41,687 bases of DNA, from IMG/VR virus record IMGVR_UViG_3300020045_011739, positions 1 through 41,687 of that record. The stretch is one strand, 5' to 3'. Position 1 is the stretch's first letter; each line of letters begins with the position of its first letter. The position numbers and the translations under genes were made by a program. Positions 34,088 to 41,687 of this stretch are shown piece by piece. The stretch comes from a virus (lineage: Duplodnaviria > Caudoviricetes). The notes beneath the pieces are model-generated. The model was not told where the DNA came from. It worked only from the letters and a program-made list of their open reading frames with translations, and did not search any database.

Positions 34088-34606
34088 ATGGCACGTATGG
34101 TATATGACCCAGAATCAGGTAAAATGATTTCTGAATATGAAGTAAATATGAAAAATAGAGTAGCCAGGGATGCGGCGGATAAGTCAGTAAATGCGGGCCC
34201 AGGAATCACAGATGAATCAGGAGCTATTCCAGAATCTGCCAAAAAAATAGATTGGACGGGAGAATCTAACCTAACCCAAAATGCAGGTTTTGAGGACGAA
34301 ATTGCAGGAGCTAAAGGGCAATCAGGAGTAATGGCAGGCACTCAAGCAGCAGGACAAGCAATCAATACTGCAGCTTCGGGTGGTTCCGCCATTGACGTAG
34401 CGGGGGGAGGGCTCACTTCTGCAGGTATGTATTCAGCTAATCCATACCTAGTAGGTGCTGGTCTAGGGCTATCTGCCTTATCTGCGACTCAAAAGGGGAA
34501 GCAGCAACGTGAACAAAATAGATATTTAGCCGAAGTTCAAAAATATGAACAACGCCAAAATGCATACAATAAATTGGCACAACTAGGTCAAGGGCTTAAG
34601 GCTTAA
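34088..34606 (+). CDS. Putative small DNA ejection protein
   Basis: Gly/Ala-rich hydrophobic segment (NPYLVGAGLGLSAL) then a Gln-rich helix; GGGAG SD. Confidence 0.6.
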   Translation: MARMVYDPESGKMISEYEVNMKNRVARDAADKSVNAGPGITDESGAIPESAKKIDWTGESNLTQNAGFEDEIAGAKGQSGVMAGTQAAGQAINTAASGGSAIDVAGGGLTSAGMYSANPYLVGAGLGLSALSATQKGKQQREQNRYLAEVQKYEQRQNAYNKLAQLGQGLKA

Positions 34607-34608
34607 CT

Positions 34609-35481
34609 ATGAAAAGACTAGAATTTTTGATTAATGAAGTCCGAAATTCTACGGACAACACTGACACCAATGGAGTAGCTACTTCGGAGATCGTCGGGTA
34701 TTATAATGACGCTCAAAGATATATCACTACATTGGTGTTTAAAAATAACCCATTTGCTGATTTATTCAAAGCCCAAGTAGTCTATCCAACATCGGCCAAT
34801 AACACATATACATTGCCTATTGATTGTTTTGCCGTTAATGGAGTATCAATGGTTGAAGTAAAGACGAATACTTCTACAACTAATGGTGGGTATGTTCGAA
34901 TTAAGCCAATTATGGAATCTGAGCTATCTTTTGCTTTTGGGTACATTACCCGAGATAATGAAATAATCATATCAGGACAGGACAACGTTGCCTGGTTCTC
35001 AGATGTTAGAGTTACCTACTTCAAGCAGCTTCCTACTCTAGATGTCCGTAGAGGTTTGATTGACCTAGTAGTTCCTAATACATCTATTAGAATCATCTCA
35101 GCTACAACTACAGATATGTACGAAATGGATGACCATTACTCCACAGTAGATGTTAAAGGTGTTCAATTAGTGTCTAACATATACTCGCCAACATCTTCAG
35201 GTTTGACACTATCTACGACAGATACAGCGGGAGTCACAACGGACACTTTCCTAATTTCAGGAAAGAACGCTTGCAACACACCCCTACTGCCAGACGTATG
35301 TGAGACATATTTGCAAGACTATGTTCGTCAGCGTATTTATACTAGAAATAACTATGAAGACGCTCAGAAGCAAATGTACTTCACAGAGCAACAAAAACAA
35401 GAAATCATCTCTATTTTCTCTAAAAACAAGAAAGATGATGATACCATTCCTACAACGGACACAAACTTTTTATTGTGGTAA
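34609..35481 (+). CDS. Putative head-tail adaptor (tail tubular protein A-like)
   Basis: LINEVR...D...EI-YYNDAQ...YTLP-D pattern; precedes the nozzle-sized gene. Confidence 0.7.
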   Translation: MKRLEFLINEVRNSTDNTDTNGVATSEIVGYYNDAQRYITTLVFKNNPFADLFKAQVVYPTSANNTYTLPIDCFAVNGVSMVEVKTNTSTTNGGYVRIKPIMESELSFAFGYITRDNEIIISGQDNVAWFSDVRVTYFKQLPTLDVRRGLIDLVVPNTSIRIISATTTDMYEMDDHYSTVDVKGVQLVSNIYSPTSSGLTLSTTDTAGVTTDTFLISGKNACNTPLLPDVCETYLQDYVRQRIYTRNNYEDAQKQMYFTEQQKQEIISIFSKNKKDDDTIPTTDTNFLLW

Positions 35482-35490
35482 GGAACTAAA

Positions 35491-37863
35491 ATGCTAGGAA
35501 AGATGTTAACTCTAGGGGGGATGGATAATAGCTCTCCTAAGACAGATCAATCTAATGGTAGATTCAGGGTGGCGAGAAATGTCCAACCAACTCCTGATGG
35601 ACGTATCATCCCAAGATACCACAACACATTTTCAGTAAGCAGCGCATCAGATAGGGTGTATTTAGCCTCTACAGATTATGATTCATCAATTTTAAACTTA
35701 ATTGCGACTAGTTCTACAGGATTATTTACTGACCCTTTTAAATTGAAGATGAACCTGGCAGGAGCAAATATTCCATTTTCAGACGAATCTTTTGACATAG
35801 ATGTTGGATTAGGAATAAATGACGGGGCAGATTACCAACAAGCTGTGACAACTTATAGAAACAACAATACGGTATATTTTCACATCCCTTGGGGTGCGAA
35901 GCTTATAAAGTATGACGGGGTCGAAGTATCGAAAGCAGGAGTAGACACACCTAGATTCAATTCTTCTGCATTTAATGTGGCGGGGACTAAGTATATCAAG
36001 GTGATTAAACACACCCTTGATTTTGATTCAATTGAGAACTCCAGTGAGGCAGTAACTTTCCCTGTACTGGCCGCAACTACCGTAGTCCCTATTGTAGGAG
36101 TAGACCCAGGAGGGGATTTAATTGGACAACCCAACGTAACTCCCGCTTTCGTATCCATAGATAGCGTAGGATTACCCAATAGCTTTAGAGGAACTACCGC
36201 CTATCAAGCGGGGACAAATGATTTATTGGTCACAACTACGAGCACAACAATAGTTGATGCTGAGAGAATAGGATCATACGTAATAGTTGCATACAATGAA
36301 ACACAAGCAGCATCTTTCCTATATGATGGGTTAGGCATTGCACTTAAAATTAAGTCTGTATCACCATTAGTTCTAGATATGAATAACGCTAAGCTTTATA
36401 CCCACAAAAGAGAGTGGGTGACATCCGACCTACCTACGGGAATTGCTGCCACAATAGCCGCGGCCATAACTCAAGGAGATAGGGAATTTCTAAGTGTTTG
36501 GGCTTCTCCTTCTTTGAATGGAGTATATTCATACCAAGCTTTTTTCGGAGCACCTTTACTTACTTCAGAAGTAATAAACGTATCTGTGGCAAACCCTCCA
36601 TCCCTAACAGTTGCAGGTAGCGATAAAAATATCATAATTCTGGCCCCCCTTTTAAATGAAATATATGACGCAACAAGTGTCCCAAAATCGCCAAACTCTA
36701 TGCTCTCTTCAGGATCAGGTGCTCACTTCGGGATGACGGCATTTCAAGAATTAATGATAATCTACGACGACAATAATGTATATTTCTCAAATTACCTACT
36801 AGGCGGTTCATTCGAACAAATATATCAATCTCCTTTAAAAATTGGTGGGAAGGAATTTGGGCGAATAACTTCAGTATGTGGTACTCAGGATTTCTTATTT
36901 GTAAGTCGAGAACGCAAGAACTATTACGTTGCAGGAAACATAGTCACAGGCAATTATAGAGTTCAAGAAATAATAGGTGCTGAAATAGGCGCATGGTGCA
37001 ACAATGCCTCAGTTAACGTAAAAGATTCAGTAGTTTTTCTAACAGCACTAGGTTTATTCCAAATCTCAGGAGGGGGGAAAGCCATTGCACTATCAGAAAA
37101 AACACCAAAGAATTTTTCAACTTACGATGAATTCACTAATCCTACAGACGATGTAGTGTTTCGATTGAATGGAACCACTACAAAGATAAATAGCGACTTT
37201 ACAGTGATTCAGGAGCAAATACCTGGAATTGCAGTGGGATACGATGAATACAGGGAACTTTTAGTATTTTGTTACAAAGATGCCAATAGTCCTTGCCTAG
37301 TATTCCACACGAAAAAAGGTGAAATCTACGAATGGGACGCAATTGGATACATTGGAGCATCAATTCAGAGAATAAACACCATATCTTTTTCAGGAGCTAC
37401 GGCATTTTGGGGGGGAAATGGGGATTTAGATGGTGTTTCTGGATATGCTGGGTCTGCCTACAAATTCACAGAAAGTAAATTAATAGATCTAAGCTATGTA
37501 GTGCAGTCTCCTGCGTCTTTGTTCTCTACTTGGTTAACAGGGGGGGAACCTTCCCTAGAAAAGCAATTACTCCAACTTAAGTTTTTTGGAAGGGTAGAAG
37601 TTACGGGAACTGCTGGAGGTGTTGAGATCCTTCATTGGAGAGATTGGACAACAGTGCAACCAATTACCTTTACAACATATAGACCTGAATTGACTACAAC
37701 GGCGATGGCTTCACAACAACAGTATTCCCATAAGAAACGACTTAACTCAGATAAAGTCCTATCTGTGTCGGTAGGTATTCGAATCAGAGACCCCCAAGTA
37801 TCTTTTGAGCTTGAGTCTTTTGAGGTGGAGTTTATGCCTATCCAACAGGGAGTTAAGAAGTGA
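35491..37863 (+). CDS. Putative tail nozzle/hub (tail tubular protein B or P22 gp10-like)
   Basis: 790 aa beta-propeller-like; GGM...ARNV...GRIIPR N-terminus, IGAW...SV...DSVVFL-GLF. Confidence 0.75.
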   Translation: MLGKMLTLGGMDNSSPKTDQSNGRFRVARNVQPTPDGRIIPRYHNTFSVSSASDRVYLASTDYDSSILNLIATSSTGLFTDPFKLKMNLAGANIPFSDESFDIDVGLGINDGADYQQAVTTYRNNNTVYFHIPWGAKLIKYDGVEVSKAGVDTPRFNSSAFNVAGTKYIKVIKHTLDFDSIENSSEAVTFPVLAATTVVPIVGVDPGGDLIGQPNVTPAFVSIDSVGLPNSFRGTTAYQAGTNDLLVTTTSTTIVDAERIGSYVIVAYNETQAASFLYDGLGIALKIKSVSPLVLDMNNAKLYTHKREWVTSDLPTGIAATIAAAITQGDREFLSVWASPSLNGVYSYQAFFGAPLLTSEVINVSVANPPSLTVAGSDKNIIILAPLLNEIYDATSVPKSPNSMLSSGSGAHFGMTAFQELMIIYDDNNVYFSNYLLGGSFEQIYQSPLKIGGKEFGRITSVCGTQDFLFVSRERKNYYVAGNIVTGNYRVQEIIGAEIGAWCNNASVNVKDSVVFLTALGLFQISGGGKAIALSEKTPKNFSTYDEFTNPTDDVVFRLNGTTTKINSDFTVIQEQIPGIAVGYDEYRELLVFCYKDANSPCLVFHTKKGEIYEWDAIGYIGASIQRINTISFSGATAFWGGNGDLDGVSGYAGSAYKFTESKLIDLSYVVQSPASLFSTWLTGGEPSLEKQLLQLKFFGRVEVTGTAGGVEILHWRDWTTVQPITFTTYRPELTTTAMASQQQYSHKKRLNSDKVLSVSVGIRIRDPQVSFELESFEVEFMPIQQGVKK

Positions 37864-38222
37864 CGGCACCTAGGATCTATAGATCGGAATACGAAATAGA
37901 AGAACTAGAACCAGAATCTTCCCTGGAAGATATGGTCAGAGTATTTAATAAGCTAGTGACAAGTTATAATTTTACAACAAAGTCGTTATCCTTTCAGTCT
38001 AATTTTGACGGTTATTTGGCGGAAAACGTCAAGATACCTGCTGCATCTACTGTTTTAATTCAACATTTCCTTGGCGTTAAGCCGAAATGGCGTATAATAT
38101 TAAAACAAGAAGGCAACGGTGTCATAACTGACATTCCCTCAAGTTGGACGGATAAAGTTATAGCTTTATACAATAATGGTGCGGTAGAAGTCACAGCTTC
38201 TATTCTCATAGTGAGGGAATAA
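37860..38222 (+). CDS. Small tail protein
   Basis: IQHFLGVKP (H-x-LG-x-x-P) motif; GTGA overlap with the nozzle gene. Confidence 0.65.
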   Translation: MTAPRIYRSEYEIEELEPESSLEDMVRVFNKLVTSYNFTTKSLSFQSNFDGYLAENVKIPAASTVLIQHFLGVKPKWRIILKQEGNGVITDIPSSWTDKVIALYNNGAVEVTASILIVRE

Positions 38223-38224
38223 GT

Positions 38225-39109
38225 ATGGATCAAGGCGTAAAAGATGCTCAAGAAAAGAAAAGAAAAGAGCAAGCAGAGGCGGTGGCGGTAGCTTCTCAAG
38301 GCAATAGAGAACAACAAGCCCAAGATGCTCTATCAGGAAAAACAAGTTCAATTTTATCAGGCACTTCAGAAGAACAAGCAGGACAACTTGCTGGTTTGAA
38401 CGTGGGCACTATTGGATACGGTCAAGGTTTAAATCAAACCGCAGAAGATATCCAGAGAGTAAAAAAACTACAACAAGATAGAACTAATCAATCAGGCGCA
38501 GATCCAGTATCGGCAGCTATCATGAATCAAAAAGCATCAGCTATGGCAAATGCTCAAAGAAACATGAAAGCTTCGGGAGTGAGTGGCGGAGCATCAGCAG
38601 GGACTATTGCCGGTATCGAGAGAGCAGCTAATGCAGATATCGCAGCTTCCCTCTATGGACAACAAGCAAAATCAATCGCAGACGAAAGATCATTGGCCTC
38701 AAATACGCTAGCAGGGACTACAGGTCTTATGTACGGAGAAAAAGCAGCAAACGTAAAAACTCCAGAAACCCCAAGCCAAAGCGGTATGTCAGTAATTTGT
38801 ACTGAGCTACATCGTCAAGGTATTATGTCGACTGAGTTATACCTGATCGATACTCAGAAAGGTGTTGCTTTGAGCCTAAGAAATCCAGACCTTATGGTAG
38901 GCTATCATTGGTTTGGTATCCCATTAGCTGAGAAGATGAAAACATCACCTCTACTGACTAAGATTCTAACCGTACCTGCAATGGCATGGGCGAATCAAAT
39001 AGCAGGAAATCGCAATCTATTGGGAGCTTTACTCTTCCATGTAGGTTCTCCATTATGTACATTACTAGGTAAAATTAAGAATAGAACTTCAGGAGAGCTA
39101 TATGTCTAA
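38225..39109 (+). CDS. Putative DNA ejection protein with a C-terminal ICTEL...GYHW module
   Basis: Gln/Ala/Gly-rich helical body (ASGVSGGAS) plus a hydrophobic ~105-aa C-terminal domain. Confidence 0.65.
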   Translation: MDQGVKDAQEKKRKEQAEAVAVASQGNREQQAQDALSGKTSSILSGTSEEQAGQLAGLNVGTIGYGQGLNQTAEDIQRVKKLQQDRTNQSGADPVSAAIMNQKASAMANAQRNMKASGVSGGASAGTIAGIERAANADIAASLYGQQAKSIADERSLASNTLAGTTGLMYGEKAANVKTPETPSQSGMSVICTELHRQGIMSTELYLIDTQKGVALSLRNPDLMVGYHWFGIPLAEKMKTSPLLTKILTVPAMAWANQIAGNRNLLGALLFHVGSPLCTLLGKIKNRTSGELYV

Positions 39110-39470
39110 GTCATTCCCGTCTGCTGTAATCATGAAAGGCAATAGAAGCAAGAAAAATAAATTCGAAAAAGCCGGTTCTCCATTAGATGAAACAGTTGAG
39201 AGCATCGATCATGAGGAGATGGAATCAATGGAAGAAGTACCTAAAACTAAACTCAAAGGAATCGACTCAGTTCCACCTAAAAAACTAGAAGGGATTAAAA
39301 CACCTAAAGCTGAAGACGTTATGTCTATCGATCTTATGCTAAATGCAGCTAAGAAAAAGAAACCAGAAGCAGAAATCGAGATGGGGCCTACAGAAGTAGA
39401 AGGCAAGTCTTTTGGCTATAAGGGTTCTGAGAAATATCTAAAAGCGATTAAGAAATATAAAAGAGGGTAA
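39102..39470 (+). CDS. Charged, probably disordered hypothetical protein
   Basis: AGGAG SD; PKTKLKGI/PKKLEGI repeat. Confidence 0.65.
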   Translation: MSKSFPSAVIMKGNRSKKNKFEKAGSPLDETVESIDHEEMESMEEVPKTKLKGIDSVPPKKLEGIKTPKAEDVMSIDLMLNAAKKKKPEAEIEMGPTEVEGKSFGYKGSEKYLKAIKKYKRG

Positions 39471-39472
39471 TC

Positions 39473-40987
39473 ATGGAATTAGAAGATCTCTTTAGGAAGC
39501 AGCGTCCTCCTAAGGACTACGTTTCTTATCCTCCTCAAGAAGCACCAACATTAGATAAGTTCTTCGCTGAAAGAACTCCAAAAGTAGCTCAAGCTCCTGC
39601 TGGGAAATACAATATGTTTGGTAGAGATTTTTTAGATAAATCTAAAATATCCTCAGCACCAGAAGAAACACCTAAAGTTAAGGAAGTAGTGGCCCCCATT
39701 ACTCCTGAGCTACGGGCAGTTGCCAGTGAGTCTCCAAAAGTATCCCCTGAGAGATTGGCAGAGATCAGAGCCAAGCTACAAATGTCCCCTGAGACTATGG
39801 AAATGCCAGTACAACAGGACGTACAGAATACTGCACCAGTGGCAACTTCCAATTTAATTGACGTAAGAAAAGTACAACGTCAAGCAGAAGAATTAGCCCC
39901 ACGTGCCAGCAATACAGATTTAGCTATGGGCTTAATCCCTGCAGCGATCGATGTGCTGTCAGGCGGATATGGCGAAGGTATGGACATTTCCGGTAAATAT
40001 TTATTAGGAAAAGCGGGGGAATTAGATAAGAGAAAATACTCGTTAGAAGATAAGTTGATGGATATTGAAAAAGCCAGAGCCATTGCCGGAGCTAAAGGTT
40101 CTAAAGGTTCTAAAAACTTCCAAACTGTAAATATTGTAGATGAGACAGATGGGAGTGTCGTAAAAGCGAATTTTGATAAAGATACTGGTAAATATTATTC
40201 CCCCGATGGAAAGCCATTAAATTCAGATAAGATAAGAGCGGGGTACGCTGTAATTCCTGAAGAATTTGACAGACGGGGAGAAGTATCTCTAAAGAACGCC
40301 AAGACAAAGGCAGATTACACCCCCCGATTGGATCCCGAGACAGGGCTATATTCTAGGGCTAGTGAGTCTGGCATGACCCCCATCGGGCAACAGAAAGCTA
40401 AACTAAATCCAAAGCAGGAGAAAGACCTCACTCAGTTAACTGATAAGTTTATTTCTTCTGATACATTTAAAAAACCTGCAGCGGCTTTATCGGTCGCTTC
40501 AAATATTGACAGTCTATTGGATGCGGCCAATAGTGGGAATGCATCAGCAGCTAACTCAGCTAGAGTGCAGATGGCAAGAATGTCGGGCGATGTTGGGGCT
40601 TTATCTGATACAGACATTGAAAGAACGGGAGGATCTCCTTCGATTAAAGCGAAGATTAAGAGATTCACAAATCTCCAAAATACGGGAGTTCCGTTAACAG
40701 CAGCAGATATTGAAGAATTAAAAGAAATTGCTAGAATCTATGAAGCAAACGCTAGATCAAAGTTGGGGGGAGCAGTAGAATCTTTAGATAAGACATATGT
40801 CAGTGAATACGGTGGAGTGGGTGGTTCAGTAAAATCTAAACTGGACGCTTATATTCCTAAAGGGTCAATGTCAAAACCTTCGCAGATTTCTGGAGATGTG
40901 AGGGTTATGAGTCCCGAAGGGGTGCCAGGAAAGGTGCCCGCGGCTAATCTACAGAAAGCATTAAAACTGGGATACAAGAGGCTATAA
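39473..40987 (+). CDS. Putative DNA ejection protein
   Basis: GALSDTD motif and C-terminal VMSPEG...VP...AL-LGYK; located in the ejection block. Confidence 0.65.
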   Translation: MELEDLFRKQRPPKDYVSYPPQEAPTLDKFFAERTPKVAQAPAGKYNMFGRDFLDKSKISSAPEETPKVKEVVAPITPELRAVASESPKVSPERLAEIRAKLQMSPETMEMPVQQDVQNTAPVATSNLIDVRKVQRQAEELAPRASNTDLAMGLIPAAIDVLSGGYGEGMDISGKYLLGKAGELDKRKYSLEDKLMDIEKARAIAGAKGSKGSKNFQTVNIVDETDGSVVKANFDKDTGKYYSPDGKPLNSDKIRAGYAVIPEEFDRRGEVSLKNAKTKADYTPRLDPETGLYSRASESGMTPIGQQKAKLNPKQEKDLTQLTDKFISSDTFKKPAAALSVASNIDSLLDAANSGNASAANSARVQMARMSGDVGALSDTDIERTGGSPSIKAKIKRFTNLQNTGVPLTAADIEELKEIARIYEANARSKLGGAVESLDKTYVSEYGGVGGSVKSKLDAYIPKGSMSKPSQISGDVRVMSPEGVPGKVPAANLQKALKLGYKRL

Positions 40988-41685
40988 TGGGAAAGAAGAA
41001 AAATGATCTTGGATTTAAGCCAGATGAAGCTGAGGATCTTGGATTCTTGCCTGAGGAAACTGCCATGCAAGAAAGGGGGGACTTCCCATCTAACTCGCTA
41101 GAGACTTTATCAGATATGTTAGTATCTGCTCCTCAAGGTGTAACTACATGGGCAGATGAAGCTCAGGCCGGATTAACGGCAGGAGCAAGAAAGCTTAATT
41201 CTGATGACCCGTATATGAGTTTATATGAAGAAGAAGTAGCCCCCATTAGAGAAAGACTGGCATTAGCTAGGGAGAGAAGCCCAGTAGCCTCATTTGCTGC
41301 GGAAGCGGGTACTGGTATTGGAACTATGTTTTTACCTGGTGCCGGATCGGGTAAATTAGTTGGTGCCGGAGGTAAAATCCTAAGAGGAGCGGCGGAAGGT
41401 CTAGGTACTGCAGAAGACAAGCTAAGCACTGAGGGCGCAGTTCAAACTGGTATCGGTGCTGGATTGGGTGCCGGAGGAGCTTTGATTTCTGGAGGTCTTA
41501 AGAAATTGGCAACAGCAAACCCAAATAAAATCAGAGCAAACGTACTAGGTGCAAGAACCTCAGAATTCAAAGAAATTGGGATTAAAGAAAGAGAAAAAAT
41601 AGCAAAAGAATTAAAAGACATAGGTTTATTCCAGAATAACAAAGTGGATTTTGACGTTAAAGCGGGGAAATTCGTATCTAAAGGT
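40987..41685 (+). CDS. N-terminal part of the junction-spanning ejection protein (continues at 122-1337)
   Basis: TAATG coupling; MGKKKNDLGFKPDEAEDLGFLPEE...WADEAQAG; open to the window end and in frame with 78-1337. Confidence 0.8.
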   Translation, partial: MGKKKNDLGFKPDEAEDLGFLPEETAMQERGDFPSNSLETLSDMLVSAPQGVTTWADEAQAGLTAGARKLNSDDPYMSLYEEEVAPIRERLALARERSPVASFAAEAGTGIGTMFLPGAGSGKLVGAGGKILRGAAEGLGTAEDKLSTEGAVQTGIGAGLGAGGALISGGLKKLATANPNKIRANVLGARTSEFKEIGIKEREKIAKELKDIGLFQNNKVDFDVKAGKFVSKG

Positions 41686-41687
41686 AA
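41567..41687 (+). repeat. Terminal direct repeat, right copy (assembly overlap)
   Basis: Identical to 1-121. Confidence 0.95.

Larger units (their letters stand above)
1..41687. mobile_element. Complete circularly permuted tailed phage genome (podovirus-like)
   Basis: TerS/TerL/portal/scaffold/capsid/adaptor/nozzle/ejection gene order, a PolA replication arm, no tape measure or sheath, and an exact end overlap. Confidence 0.95.

Noticed and set aside
1-41687. Temperate lifestyle suggested by the Leu762-type PolA
   Set aside because: No integrase, repressor or partition genes recognised, so lifestyle cannot be called from that residue alone.
1-41687. Stop-codon reassignment
   Set aside because: TAA, TAG and TGA all end well-defined genes and coding density is high under code 11.

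Overview
The window is a complete, circularly permuted tailed dsDNA phage genome (Caudoviricetes, podovirus-type gene set). It has about 41,566 unique bp, and bases 1-121 repeat exactly at 41567-41687, which is an assembly overlap that cuts through a gene. Two arms diverge from a ~900-bp non-coding region (20387-21281) that carries tandem repeats. The leftward arm (20386 to 6910, minus strand) holds small early genes, an SF3 helicase, a metzincin-motif protein, RusA, a divergent family A DNA polymerase, a putative SSB, a Cas4-like nuclease and an SNF2-type helicase. The rightward arm (21282, across the junction, to 6913, plus strand) holds TerS, an M15 peptidase/endolysin, TerL, portal, scaffold, major capsid, fibre proteins, adaptor, nozzle, ejection proteins, a second appendage module, a lipoprotein and a metallophosphoesterase. 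I recognised no integrase, repressor, RNA polymerase, primase, tRNA, CRISPR array or reverse transcriptase. The most unusual signals are: (1) two adjacent tail-region genes with Sec signal peptides and even numbers of paired cysteines, suggesting a fibre folded outside the cytoplasm; (2) a shared acidic-Leu-Leu C-terminus on six DNA-transaction proteins; (3) an E[S/T]FD motif shared by portal and scaffold; (4) four copies of a ~45-aa GDP domain across three small genes; (5) a CFI-box-like C-terminal module on an ejection protein; (6) a hint that the host is a predatory Bdellovibrionota. All functional calls come from motifs and synteny read by eye; no searches were run.
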